A DNA stretch of 64,000 nucleotides from Squalus acanthias (GCA_030390025.1 CM059431.1:101062001-101126000), one strand, 5' to 3'. Positions 13,891-27,556 are shown, counted from the first letter of the stretch. A program made the numbers and translations. The notes: a model not told the origin generated them from the letters alone.

Positions 13891-14310
13891 GTTACTACTG
13901 AACACCTCCGATGCGGCCCGTAAGAGAATGTAGTACAATAAGCCCTCCCCGCTCATAGTTCCAGACCCTTTAGATTATAATTTTCACACATAACCTGCTG
14001 ATCTCCTCCACAGCGCATGTAAATACTCAATGTGTAGTTATCAAGATGCTTCTGAGGATGAAAACAGCTTTTCCCATATGAAACCTCCAAAAAAATAATC
14101 CGTCAATAGTATGGGATGGGGATTCCAGAACAGGCACAAGAAAAAGTCTGACCCGTGTCACAACCAATCAGGTTACGGGGTAGAGATGGGACACTTGCAC
14201 CCACCTCACTTGCTAACAAATCAAAAAAAATTAAAATCCTGACGCCCCCCCCCCCCCCCCCCCCACAAAAAACCTTTCACAATACACTGTCCTGGAAGCC
14301 TCTTGAGAAC

Positions 14311-14766
14311 AAAAGAAGAAAGACTTGCATTTATAGAGGGCCTTTCACAACCTCAGGACGTCCCAAAGCGCTTTACAGCCAATGAAGTACTTTTTGAAGT
14401 GTAGTCACTGTTGTAATGTAGGAAACGCGGCAGCCAATTTACGCACAGCAAGCTCCCACAAACAGCAATGTGATAATGACCAGATAATCTGATTTTTGAG
14501 AGATAAATATTGGCCAGGACACCAGGGAGAACTCCCCTGCTCTTCTTCGAAATAGTGCCACGAGATCTTTTACATCCACCTGAGGGGGCAGACGGGGCCT
14601 CGGTTTAAGATCTCATCCGAAAGACGGCACCTCCGACAGTGTAGCACTCCCTCAGTACTGCACTGGTGTGTCAGCCTAGATTTTTGTGCTCAAGTCTCTG
14701 GGACTTGAACCCACGACCTTTTGACTCAGAGGAGAGACTGCTACTCACTGACCTATGGCTGCCACA
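14311..14766 (-). mobile_element. Deu-domain tRNA SINE, near full length (intron 13)
   Basis: High similarity to the 1-458 copy. Confidence 0.88.
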
Positions 14767-15571
14767 GTAGTACCTACTTCACAGTCTCCCTGCCCATATG
14801 CAAAGCACCCTTGGATAGGAATCTGGAAGCGAAAAAAATAAAATTGGCGAAGTAAAAGGGAAAGGCAGGGGGTGGGGGGAGAGAAGGGAACAATAAACCA
14901 CCTAGAGTAGTCCAGAAACCGCACCAATTGAACATACCTCTGATTTTGCAACCAAACAGTTTGTGTTTTACTAAAGTAACACAGGGGAAGCTCTTTAGAA
15001 TTTATTGGACCTACCCCATAATTGAGCGTACAGCACCCATTTCACTTAGTAGCAGGAAACAAAGCCACAAAGTGGAACTCTCGCAAGCTTCGGTAATCTA
15101 CCAAGGTTCTTTTTACAGCTTGAAGTTCCTTCTCCTGCAGTAAAAACAAGCTCAACCCCCATTCTACAGGACATGGACACAACTGTATGAAAAAATACAA
15201 CTTGTACACAGAACATCACATTAGTAAAGCCCTAAATCCCACAAAAAGAAAATATTTTAACTGTTTCCTACCTTGCACCTTGTCAAATTTTGTTTGATAA
15301 TGCTCCTGTGAAGCGCCTTGGGACGTCTTACTATGTTAAAGGCGCTTTTTAAATGCAAGTTGTTGTTGCACAACATTAGTACAGTGGCGGAGAGCACACT
15401 TGTGAGGCAATGACACACAGATTGATGAGACTGCGCCAAGTAGTCAACTACAGACTTAAAACCTTTTCAAAAATGGTTAAGCAAATTTTGACTGAATACT
15501 GTCATAACAATCAACTCTATTAAGTGAAGGAATCTTCCCAAAAAAAAGGATAAACCAACAAGGAAACTTAC

Positions 15572-15731
15572 ATGTTTCTTGAAGCCAAAATAGGCACCAA
15601 TAAAGGTCAGAGGCACTGAAATGCCAAACCACAATGCCAGGACAGCAACCAGAGTACCAAAAGGAATCGCTGCTGAAGATCCTTCTCCCCACAGAATCAG
15701 GTTCATGAGAAAGAAATCAGCAAAAACAATT
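15572..15731 (-). CDS. TM9SF2: TM9SF2 exon 13 (IVFADFFLMNLILWGEGSSAAIPFGTL...YFGFKKH)
   Basis: 160 nt, ccag|AAT ... CAT|gtaagt. Confidence 0.96.
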
Positions 15732-17242
15732 CTGGGGAAAAGAAAAATACATATGCATGCCATCAAATTGCAATTTCGGTTGACAGATACTGCAAGCGGG
15801 AAATCCAGGTGTTTGTAGGCTGAAAGAATATTCAGATGTCAAGACATATACTTAAGGACATCTTTTATTAGGCACAAATTTGGGGAATTTCTGAATAGAA
15901 GTTCAATACAGAAGTACCTCTCCCGTAAAAACCCAAATTGTTGGCTCAAAGGTTGTTCCACCCCTCCAAACGTATTGGATTTAACGTGTTTATTGACCGT
16001 TTCTTTCCCCTCTCGCACACAAATTAAAGGCAGTTTGTAAGCCACTTCAATGCACATTACTAAGTATCAAATGTGAAAGTGCAATGACTTTTATAAAAGG
16101 ATTTTACTTTAAGGTTTAAAACTTGCAAATAAACCTGGGACTAAGAAGACAACTGCCTAGATACGTTCTTATCAAAATACCTTCTGGCAGTCCAGTTTCA
16201 TGTACACTTTCCTACTCTTCGTTCTACACAGAATCATACAGCACAGGAGGCCGCCATTTGGCCCATCGTGCCTGTGCTGGCTCTTTGAAAGAGCTTTCCA
16301 ATTACAGCCACTCCCCTGCTCTTATAGAATCACAGAGTATAATCATAGAATCACACATGCTCACTTTATTGTTCTAATTCTAATGTAACCTGTTTTTTCT
16401 TTTGTTTGGACTGGAGTGTTGAGTTACAATGGTATGGAGCTGCATTTTCCAATACACAGTGGCATTGTTACTGTGCTCTTTGGAGAAAAAGCACAAGAAA
16501 GAAAAAATCTGGAAAATTCACCAGTTCGCTGCCGAGTTAACAAGATAACCAACACTTATTAATGGAAATGTTCAAATATATCGGGTTTATATTCAAAGTT
16601 GTTCTTCCGACCCACCCCACCTCAACCCACCCCCCACATGAAGCAAACATAATGCTTGCTTGAGTAGTTTTGGGAAAATAACATTTTCACACACAGACCC
16701 ACCATCAAATAGTGATCTCAACCAATTAAATGGAATGCTACATATTTGGGGGAAGGTACAAGAGCTTTTCAGACAATCAACCCCTAAAATATGTGGAATT
16801 GTTAAATTAAATTTGGTGACTTGTGTTTTCATCTTGCTGCATTTCCCACTTTTCAAAGTCAAGAAACTAATTTTCAGGCATAATCCTGATTCCATTCTTA
16901 CAAAAAGCTAGAAAGCAGCCAAAAAATATTTGTGCAAAGTTTGTTTTTATTTTTACCAAAAATAATTTTAACTGCAGAATGCCACTCCCAAAAATCATAA
17001 ACACAACACAATGCGTCAGATGTAAATTATGCAGATACAGTTGCACAAAGAATGCATTCTACTGCTGAATGCAAACATATTGCTGATTAGGAGATAACAG
17101 AAGATATATGATCCATTTGTTAAAACAAGCAGACATCAATGCATGTTCAAAGCCTCTATACCTTAATCAATAGGGTAACTGTGCATTCAGTGAATAAATT
17201 TAGAAACCCGAGAAAGGTTACAATACAATACATGAAAGACAT

Positions 17243-17585
17243 AGCTCCTTCGATGACTCAGCAAGTTAACCCACAGAGGGTATCCGAGTCATTCAGGTCA
17301 AAAAAGTCTCCGGTTTGAACCCCAATTGGTGCTGGGTCAGCTGATCTCAGCCTCAGCAGGGGTCGACAATTGGCCTCCGCAAACTACGTTAGGAAGGGAA
17401 AAGCCAGCCAGGATTCCCAATTCTGATCGCTATCCAACAAGCCTTGCTGGAAGAGCAGGTGGATGTTGGATCAACTTGGCTGTGGTGCTCCCTCTGACAC
17501 TCACCGTCAAGGCACCCATATGAATAATGGTAACTTGGGTGACGTACTGGAGGTGAGCCTGTGGAACTGTACCACAGCCAGGAGT
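17243..17585 (+). mobile_element. Old tRNA-headed SINE of a second family (unnamed)
   Basis: Degenerate A/B boxes; diverged homologous pieces at ~25050-25990, ~34625-34810 and 47895-48124/51462-51520 (minus). Confidence 0.55.
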
Positions 17586-17589
17586 CAAT

Positions 17590-18234
17590 GGGCCTGAATT
17601 TGCAGTCGGAGGCTTCCCGTGGAGAAATGCCTCCGAACGGCAAAAAATCTACAAACCTATCTTCTGCCTCGGGAACCACGGAGACTCGCGCTCTATGCGT
17701 AGAGGCCCACGTATCCCAGGGGGCGCAGGGAGTTTGCATGCGCCAGAGTTCATATGGGCTGGCCCAACCAATGAAAGAAGGGGGATCCCCATTCATGCTT
17801 ATGGGGATTCCGTACTTACGGAATCCCCATAAGCGTGAATGGGGATCACATAAAAAACATATTAACATAGCAAATAATTTTTTTTTAATTACATATTTAA
17901 AATTAATTAAAATACAATATAATTAAACATTTAAAACAAGAATTACATTTTTTGAAAAATAAATTGAAGTGTTTTAAAGGGGCTAAAAATAACCATACCT
18001 TATTTTACAGGTGTTTTAATGTTTAAATGATAGAAAAAATATATTTTTCTATTCATTTAAACTCTTACACTGGTAAAAGCAGGCCCTACGCTAGCTTTTA
18101 CCAGGCTTAAGAATTTCACGGGCATTCGCTGGGCAGAAGATGATGCTTGACAGATTGCAAGTTCCGGAAACCCGGAACTTGCGCGGCCCTTACGGGAGCG
18201 TATGCACCACGTACGGGCCGCAAAATACAGGTCC
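17590..18234. mobile_element. MITE with GG-starting TIRs (PIF/Harbinger-like)
   Basis: Imperfect TIRs GGGCCTGAATTTGC / GCAAAATACAGGTCC, internal palindromes, AT-rich core; second copy in opposite orientation at 46013-47831. Confidence 0.7.
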
Positions 18235-18493
18235 ATGCCTTCAGGATAAGGGAGATAATTGGCGAGAGAGAAAAAACATGCTAGAGGAATTAGAACATGT
18301 TCATCGTTAACATCTGAAACTTTCAACCTTTTTCCTGCACTTTAAGCTCATACGTTTGCAAAAATTGCATTCTTTTAACAAAAAAGCATGGTTACAAAAC
18401 TTAGATTCAACAAACAGACAAGTTGTATTACTTGTATGCTTCAGTCAAAACAGTTATAATTTTAAACTGTGAATATGCAGTTGCTTGCAATAG

Positions 18494-20322
18494 AAACATA
18501 GAAAAATAGGAGCAGGAGTAGGCCATTCGGCCATTCGAGCCTGCTCCGCCATTAAATATGATCATGGCTGATCCTCTATCTCAATACCTATATTCCCGCT
18601 CTCTCCCCATACCCCTTGAACCTTTTGTGTCTAGAAATCTATCTATCTCCTTCTTAAATATATTCAGTGACTTGGCCTCCACAGCCTTCTGTGGTAGAGA
18701 ATTTCACAGGTTCACCACCCTCTGAGTGAAGAAATTTCTCCTCATCTCAGTCCTAAATGTCCTACCCCGTATCCTGAGACTGTGACCCCTCATTATAGAA
18801 CCCCCCATCCAGGGGAAACATCCTCCCTGCATCCAGTCTGTCTAGCCCCATCAGAATTTTATACGTTTCAATGAGATCCCCTCTCATTCTTCTAAACCCT
18901 AGTGAATACAGGCCTAGTCGACCCAATCTCTCCTCGTATGACAGTCCTGCCATCCCAGAAATCAGTCTGGTGAACCTTCGCTGCACTCCCTCTATGGCAA
19001 GTATATTCCTTTCTTAGGTAAGGAGACCAAAACTGCACACAGTACTCCAGGTGTGGTCTCACCAAGGCCCTGTAGAACTGTAGTAAGACATCCTTGCTCC
19101 TGTACTCAAATCCTCTTGAAATGAAGGCCATCATACCATTTGCCTTCCTAACTTCTTGCTGCACCTGTACGATAGCAAAATACTGCGGATGCTGGAAATC
19201 CAAAATAACAACAGAAAACGCTGGAAAAACTCAGCAGGCCAGGCAGCATCCGTGGAGAGAGAAACAGAGTAAACGTTTCAGGTCGAAGACCTTTTGTCAG
19301 AACTGGAAAAAGCAGGAAATGAAATAGATTTAAAGCAAGGATAAAGCTGGGAAAAGGGGGAGGGGATGAAAGAACAAAAGGAGAGATTAAGAGACATTAG
19401 AGATGATCAAGGCAAGACTGTATGTTTGCTTTCAGTGACTGGTGTACAAGGACACCCAGGTCCCTTTGTACATCAACATTTCCCAATCTATCACCATTTA
19501 AATAATACTCTGCCTTTCTGTTTTTCCTACCGAAGTGGATAACTTCACATTTATCCATGTTATACTGCATCTGCCATGTATTTGCCCGCTCACTCAACTT
19601 GTCTAAATTGCCCTGAAGCCTCTTTGCATCCTCCTCACAACTCACAATCCCACCTAGTTTCGTGTCGTCAGTAAACTTGGAAATATTACATTTGGTTCCC
19701 TCATCCAAATCATTGATATATATTATGAATAGCTGTGGCCCAAGCACTGATCCCTGCGGTACCCCACTAGTCACCGCCTGCCACCCCGAAAAAGACCCAT
19801 TTATTCCTACTCTGTTTCCTGTCTGTTAACCAATTTTCAATCCATGCCAGTATATTACCCACAATCCCATGTGTTTTCATTTTGCACACTAACCTCTTAT
19901 GTGGGACTTTGTCAAAGGCCTTCTGAAAATCCAAATACACCACATCCACTGGTTCTCCCTTATCTATTCTACCAGTTACATCCTCAAAAAACTCCAGCAG
20001 GTTTGTCAAACACGATTTCCCTTTCATAAATCCATGTTGAGTTTGTCTAATCCCGTTGATATTTTCTAAGTGTCCTGTTATCACATCCTTTATAATAGAC
20101 TCTAGCATTTTCCCTACTACTGATGTTAGGCTAACCGATCTGTAGTTCCCTGTTTTCTTTCTCCCTCCTTTTTTAAATAGTGGGGTTACAAATGCCACCC
20201 TCCAATCTGCAGGAACTGTTCCATAATCTGTAGAATTTTGGAAGATGACAACCAATGCATCCACTATTTCCATGGCTACCTCTTTTAGTACTCTGGGATG
20301 CAGATTATCAGGCCCTGGGGAT
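18494..20322 (-). mobile_element. CR1 LINE, 5'-truncated, frameshifted RT, interrupted by a Penelope fragment
   Basis: RT motifs QHGFMKGKSCLTNL, LDFQKAFDKVPH, GVPQGSVLGP, FTDD. Confidence 0.93.
19170..19417 (-). mobile_element. Penelope-like terminal fragment with a mutated hammerhead
   Basis: Homologous to 62940-63130; flanked by a CTGTA duplication (19165-19169 / 19418-19422) inside the CR1. Confidence 0.75.
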
Positions 20323-20444
20323 TTTAGAGACTGTAAGTCATTAAAACTGCTGAAAGTACATAAACCAATAGAGTATCAAATCAATGCCAGGCTCCTTAAT
20401 TATATCGACACTAGGCGGCTAACACGTAGCTTCCACAACATCAA

Positions 20445-20980
20445 CTAGCAAATGGTATGTTGGCCATTATTGCAAGGGGGTTGGAATACAAGAGTAAGGA
20501 AGTCTTGCTGCAATTGTACAGGGCTTTGGTGAGACCACACCTGAAGTACTGTGCACAGTTTTGGTCTCCGTGCCCAAGGAAGGATATACTTGCCATAGAG
20601 GGGGTGCAATGAAGGTTCACTAGATTGATTACTGGGATGAGAGGGTTGTTCTATGAGGAGAGATTGAGTGGCTTGGGCCTATACTCTCCTGAGTTTAGAT
20701 GAATGAGAGGTGAAATCATTGAAACAAATATTCTGAGAGGGCTTGACAGGGAAGATGCTGAGAGGTTGTTTCCCCTGGCTGGAGAGTCTAGAACTAGGAG
20801 TCATAGTCTCAGGATAAGAGGTCGGCCATTTAGGACTGAGATGAGGAGAAATTTCTTCACTCAGGAGGGTTGTGGATCCTAGGAATTCTCTACTCCAGTG
20901 GGCTGTGGATGCTCAGTCATTGAGTATATTCAAGACAGAGATCGATAAGAATTTTGGACACTAATGGAATCAAGGGATTG
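20445..20980 (+). mobile_element. CR1 ORF2 3' fragment
   Basis: Similar to the 461-960 copy, with in-frame stops. Confidence 0.88.
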
Positions 20981-21306
20981 ATTTCAACACCCGTGTCCTC
21001 ATTTATAAACTTCTCCGTGGCCCCATCGTACCTTTGTAATGTCTTCCAGTCCATACTGTTTGCTCTCCAAACTTTGCCCTACTACACGTTTCTCCTTCTT
21101 GCAACTCCATCTCTTCCCACCTTTACAAAAGCCTCCTCAAAACCTCTCCCCCACCATGTGTTTTCTCTTATAACTGCTGCTTGGTGTCTGGTACCCTCCA
21201 CCACCGCACCCCCCCCCCCCCCCTCACCCCCTCTACCTAGGGTCATATCATTACTTTAAAAGTACTGAATAAGTCTTTATACATTTGGATGAAATAATTG
21301 ACTTAC

Positions 21307-21364
21307 CCTGGGCACAGAATAGACGTCAATAATACATTTGTTTTCCATTTCTCACCACCAAATG
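21307..21364 (-). CDS. TM9SF2: TM9SF2 exon 12 (FGGEKWKTNVLLTSILCPG)
   Basis: 58 nt, atag|CAT ... GG|gtaagt. Confidence 0.95.
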
Positions 21365-21612
21365 CTATTGAGAAACAAAAATAAGCATAGCAATCAAAAG
21401 AAAAAAATACACACAACTGACAAAGCACCCTCAATAATATGATGCTGCCTATTTTACAACTTTCACGGAGAAAAGCAGGTTGTAGGTTGTAGAGACTTAA
21501 TTAGATATTAACAGGCTATTCCAAAAATAATTAAGTTGTTCAGTTGCCAAAGGGTGATGATAATTGAAACTAATGAATAGAAATCCTGTCAGTTTAAATT
21601 TCTTTTACTTAC

Positions 21613-21732
21613 ACTTGTAAAATCTGGCAGCTACATAGCCTGCTGGGGTCCCAAGAAGCACCCACAAGACAACAGCACAAGTCATCAAGGACCCTCGATT
21701 TGCAGGCGACAAAAATCCCAGGCACGCAAAAA
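21613..21732 (-). CDS. TM9SF2: TM9SF2 exon 11 (FACLGFLSPANRGSLMTCAVV...ARFYK)
   Basis: 120 nt, ctag|TTT ... T|gtaagt. Confidence 0.96.
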
Positions 21733-22097
21733 CTAGGGAATTAAAAAGACAAAAATCAGAAAGAATATCCTGTAATAAAAACACACACAAATACTGTAAT
21801 GAGTGTAAAATGTACCTAGACATCCATAACTACTTTATTTTGGATAACCGAAATAGGAATAAAACTTAAAAATAAACACTGTTCATAATGAATCTACAAA
21901 TTCTATTGATTTGAGACATTGAAAGACAAACTCATTGTACATGATAATGAAAATCTATCAGTATGAAATTCACTATTTTAAACTGCAATCTTTTCAACTT
22001 TCAATTCTGTTTTGGTTCATTCATAATTATCTGGAAGTAGTGATTGTAATTCAACTGGCTACTTTAAGTTTAAAAAAAAATACAACTGGATACCTAC

Positions 22098-22230
22098 AGA
22101 GAGTGACAAATATCATGATAAAGATTTGAGCACCAGAGCCCAGGAAAACAGATAATATCATTCCCTTCCGAGGTGGTCTAAAGACGTCACCATGCACCAG
22201 TTTCCACCCAAATTCCTCCTGAGCTTCTTC
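22098..22230 (-). CDS. TM9SF2: TM9SF2 exon 10 ([20 protein letters not shown]...IFVTL)
   Basis: 133 nt, ccag|GAA ... T|gtaggt. Confidence 0.96.
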
Positions 22231-22679
22231 CTGGAAAAAAATTAAACAAGGTCTTAGGAATTCATTATTCTTCACATAACATAACAATACAATTAGTTCA
22301 AAATAACTTTAGATAAAATATACCCAACAGTCAGATAACACAAATTTAAGTTTGAAACGCAAGATCAATACTATGTTACAGAGCAGGAAGGAATAAACGT
22401 TCATTTATACTGGATGCTCCAGCTGTGGAACATCTGTGCAGAGGCCCATGACTTCAGAAAGTTTCTTCTCTTTTCATGGCATCTCTTACAGTCATCCAGA
22501 AGAAAGAGGCCTGCGTTTTCTACACCTCTGACCTCCACTCTCAAGACACAAGAACTCAGATCCCATGCTGAGCTTATCTCATCTAAAAAGCATGACATCA
22601 GTGATGGGAGAGTGAGCCGGAGAGAGAGAGCGAGACAGATAATGAGAAAGAGGAGAGAGAGAAAGAAAGGGCTTAAAGT

Positions 22680-23532
22680 GTTAAATGATATGGGCAGATT
22701 GCATAAACCTGGTTTATATTCCTTTGAGTTTAAGACGGTTGAGGGATGATCTAATCGAGATGTTTAAAACGATAAAGAGATTCGACAGGGTAGATATAGA
22801 AAAACTAAGCCCACTGGTAGAACACCAGAACATTGGGGAATAATCTTAAAATTAAAGCTTGGCCATTTAGGAGTGAAATCAGGAAGCACTCTTTCACACA
22901 AAGGGTAGTGGAAGTCGGCAACTCTCTACCCTAAAAGGCTGTGGATTTTTATTTTATTTATTCGTTCACGGGATGTGGGCGTCGCTGGCAAGGCTAGCAT
23001 TTATTGCCCATCACTAATTGCCCTCGAGAAGGTGGCGGTGAGCCACCGTCTTGAACCACTGCAGTCCGTGTGGTGAAGGTACTCCCACAATGCTGCTAGA
23101 TAGGGAGTTCCAGGATTTTGACCCAGTGACGATGAAGGAACGCCACATATTTCCAAGTCAGGATGGTGTGTGACTTGGAGGTGGTGGTGTTCCCATGCGT
23201 CTGCTGCCCTTGTCCTTCTAGGTGGTAAAAGTCGCAGGTTTGGGAGGTGCTGTCGAACAAGCCTTGGCGAGTTACTGCAGTGCATCTTGTAGATGGTATG
23301 CACTGCAGCCACATTGCTCCAGTGGTGGAGAGAGTGAATGTTTAAGGAGATGGATGGGGTGCTGGGTCAATTGAAATTTTTAAGACTCAGATCGATAGAT
23401 TTTTGTTAAGCAAGGGTATCAAGTGGTATGGAGCGATGGTGGGTAAATGGCGTTAAGATACAGATTAGTCATGATCTAATTGAATGCCGGAACAGGCTCA
23501 AGGGGCTGAATGACCTACTCCTGTCCCTATGT
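22680..23532 (+). mobile_element. CR1 3' fragment interrupted by a Zenon-like LINE 3' end (22950-23362, minus)
   Basis: CR1 homology resumes after the insert; the insert matches 54630-55050. Confidence 0.8.
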
Positions 23533-23955
23533 AATACTGACCAAGAAACCAGGAGTCCCTACTCTTCTTTGAATAGTGCCATGAGATCTTGAAACACTGG
23601 GACAGGTAGCTCTCATTATAATTTAGTGGCAGCTTTAAAAGTTAAGTGTCAGCGGCTGGCTTTTTGCAATAAACACTAAAGCTGACCAAAATGCAGCAGC
23701 CCTGAAATGAATATTCCAAGCAACTTTAGGCAGGCCTTCTTTTTGCGCCTTTCTGGAAGTGCTGTAAAAAATTGTAAACATAATTTTTCAAATGCTGATT
23801 AGATCAATTTGATTTCTTTAAAACTAGATATGATGCATACTCTTTAAAAACACCATCCAGCAATCGGTGTATTCCCATTTTCTTTATGACTTTGACTTCC
23901 CTCCCCCTTTAGGCACTGCAAACTATCAAGCAACAACATCAAATGCAGCACTCAC

Positions 23956-24064
23956 AGTTGAATCCATTTGATTGTATCTTGCTATGTCCTTATGCAAGGT
24001 TCGGAGCATAATCATAGCAACCATACCAGAAAGGAATAGGACAATTACCAAGGAATTCATAATG
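23956..24064 (-). CDS. TM9SF2: TM9SF2 exon 9 (IMNSLVIVLFLSGMVAMIMLRTLHKDIARYNQMDST)
   Basis: 109 nt, gcag|CAT ... ACT|gtgagt. Confidence 0.96.
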
Positions 24065-25136
24065 CTGCAAAAAAAAAGAATCATTAACAGTGCATAGAAA
24101 ACAACATGAGAGTTTTTCCTCAAATGTCAATGTATAACATACAACACGCAATTATTCTTTGGATAATGTGATCAGATTTACACACCTCTGTTTCTCCACA
24201 AACCTAAAAGGATTTACAATTTTTTAATCATTAGAAAATTCATAAAATACATGTCGGCAGTTGAAGTCCAGACAAAAACAAGATGTACAGGAGGAAGCAT
24301 AAAGAAAAGTTATTGATTCGAAGATCATACAGCAGAAGATCAATTAGTTGAAAACCTTTAAGTTACATTAAATTGTACGGATGAAATGTTTAAGAGTTTG
24401 TGTTTTTTTTTTGCTAAATTGTCAGACGTGCCAAATTAACTTATTCACGAACTGGCATTTTAAATTCACAAACTGGAAGTTCTCCTTAAGAAAATGACCT
24501 TTATGGAATGCTCTGAAAGACAGGCCTCCTTTCAAGTACACACAGCTTCAAACTGCCCTTTCAATGAAAAGGCCAACAGCCTAAAAGTATCAGCAGCACA
24601 CAGTGGCACAGTAACTGTGATCTGAATGTCTGAATGTCATGCCAGTTAGGTTTACACAGATCTACTCATTCCCCCACACTCCTTCCACCTACCCCACACC
24701 ATTCCTTGGCCGATTGGGCAGAAACATGACCTCTTCCCAGGCATGGGCTGTGCTGTAACCAGCTAAAATAGTCCACCCTTTCATTTTTTTCTCCCCACTT
24801 TCCCAGTGAAGATGGAGTCTACTTTCAAAGCCTGGCCAAAAACAGGAATGTGGAGTGGGGGAGGGGAGGGGAGGGGGGAAGAGGGGGGCCACTGCTTCTT
24901 GGTACAGTGAGTTTGTAAACTAACTCACCATACCACTGAATTTTGACAACCAAATCAGTCTGCTTTCTGTGAATCTCTGCAGTGCATTGCTAGCTAAATC
25001 ATTTTGAAGTGGTCATTGAGACGTCAACAATAGAAGCGAAAGAAAAACCTCAAACCAGGGTACCCAATCCTGAGGACTATCCACTAATGCCCGCTAAAAA
25101 ACATCTGTGCATCTGTGGACATCAGGTAAAAGCATC

Positions 25137-25883
25137 GGGCTGGATCTTGCCGTAAAAATAACAGCTTGTTAACGGCACACGCCGTTACTAATGCAAAAAT
25201 CGGCCAACGAGTTCAGGGGATGAAGAGATACGCCGGGAGTTGCGAATCTCCAGAACTTGCTGGTGGATTTACGATGCTCTGCTGTTTGATTCACACAAAC
25301 GGCATCGCGCCCTCAGCCTCCCTGTTATTTTTAAGAACTTGCTGGATTTGCACATCAATTGCCCATTAAACTCGCCACAGCAAGTTAAGTCTGGTAATGA
25401 ACAGTGCAAGTACCTTTTTAACTACGTGATAGTTGTTAATTCAATGCCAATCAACCGCTCTGGCCCAGAAAGGGAACAATTTAAACAGTAGAGTCACATC
25501 CCTTCAGGTGGTAAATTGTTCTTATAGATTTGTAAAATATTAATTTTTATTTTTTTTAAATTCTTACTTTTGCTTTCTGTCTTTTCCTCTCTCTCTTAAT
25601 CCAATCTTTCTTTCCCTTTCTGTACCTAATTTGACTCTAATTCACCCTATTTCCTTCTCTGTCATTCTTGTTTCTTTCTCAATCCTTTAATCTCATGGGT
25701 TAAGGCGATAGACTGTTGGTCCCGTCGTTCACCGAGGTCCCAGATGCCCCTCGCCGCAACCGTTATCAGCTCGCACTTCCAGCAGGTTACGGCGCAAAAA
25801 AGAATTTTGAGCTGAACGGTGAGGGACAAAGTCTAACTAACGGGGCATGCCACGAGATGCTCCACTCCAGCAAGATCCGGCCC
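25137..25883. mobile_element. MITE with GG-starting TIRs (PIF/Harbinger-like)
   Basis: TIR GGGCTGGATCTTGC / GCAAGATCCGGCCC; flanks ATC/ATT; related truncated copy at ~33392-33670. Confidence 0.75.
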
Positions 25884-27556
25884 ATTGATTAAGGCTCAGC
25901 CACAAAGTAATTTACAGTTGAATACCCATCCAACTAACACTTACAATGTCAACTCGCACACACGAAGAATGTCAAGTGAGCGCAGCTTGCCACCGTGGAA
26001 TTATAACCCATCAAGAATCATTGCATTTAGGGGAAGAGGGGAGAAAAGGGGAAGGAAATTGACGTAAAAATGAGCAAGCTTTGCACTCTCGTTATATTGG
26101 TCCATCAACCCTGGAACTATTGAATAAGGCCATCTTCGCTGCAACATCCAAGTTATATTGGTGCACACAATTAAGGTGTTTTATCTTCTGGCAAACCACA
26201 AAGCACCACTGCAGATACGTAGGCACGTGTGTGTATTGTTTTGGCAGAGGTCAGAGCACTCGACTGTATGCAGCCAGTATGACCTAGCCCCACATGCTTT
26301 AGCTACTGACTCTCAGTCTGCTGAAAGGGATCAGAATCACACCAATAGGTCACGGACAGCTTCAATGCACATCAGGACAGGCACTGGAATTTTGGAGCAC
26401 TGTGTTGGCTCCAGTTATTATAATGGACACAACATGAACAGCAGGTTGCCATCTTTGGTATGTTTTAATCAAGACAAATGAGCCGATGCAGACTGATACG
26501 AGATGGCTCCTTACTATGAATTCAATGTTGCATTTCTGATATATATTTATATATATAATGCTTTTAAAAAACGTTACCTGGGTTCTTAGTGTAATATTTT
26601 GGAACAGTTTTGCAATGCCACAGCGTGGAAGCTGAAAACTTTAGCCAGCCCACCAAGCCGGGAACTTCTTGGAGCTTTTAACAGTTTAAGGGTTAATATC
26701 ATTTAAGGTATCCACATGTACTGTCAATTTGACGTGCTAGTTGAGTAACATGGAAAACTCAGACTTCACATTCAGTGAGAACATGAGAGGGTATCCACAC
26801 CCTGTTAAAAAGGAATTGTGACTATCTCCAAACTCTCTCAGACAATGCAAAGGTAACAAATGTTTCTTCAAAGGGACACAATAAGCCACAAAAGCACATA
26901 GAACTCTACTGCCAGATGTCACTTCCCTCCTAAATATGATTTAACCAAATGCATAAAAACCTCAAAGCCACCAGAACAATGATTTGAGAAACCTTTGGAC
27001 CCAAAAGCTATGAAATGCACTGTGTTTTCCGATATTTAAATCCAAAAAAACCAGAATCACAAAAGACATTTGCCTAATCTTCCTCTCCTGTGCACATGCC
27101 AAGTGGCACTGCACTACACACCTAAAAATGGTAAGTATGACAAGTCCTTCAATAACACCTACGCCCTACAGTATGGCACTACGCAAACTACACAAAAAAA
27201 TTAACAGTGGTTCTGTTGTGGAAAACTAATCTCACAATGACATGTGGCATGAAAAGCTTACCTCAACCACAACTGTCCTTTAAACTTTCAGATATTCATT
27301 ATTGACGGGGATAACTTTGTTTTTATTATGCGGGTTTCAAGTATACGAATGCTTTGGCTGTGATTGAAGCTCATCTGGTTAATTGGCTGCACACATTTCA
27401 CAAAGCCAGTAACAACAACTTGTATTTATATAGCGCCTTTAACGTAGTAAAACGTCCCCAGGCACGCCACAGGAGTAATATAAGACAAAAATTTGATACC
27501 AAGTCACATAAGGAGATATTAGGGCAGTATAATAAAGGGTTGAAATGATTCCTTAC

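Noticed and set aside
14245..14263. Long poly-C/poly-G runs (also ~21209, 31790, 36815, 38246, 43623)
   Set aside because: Simple homopolymers with unreliable length and no evidence of function
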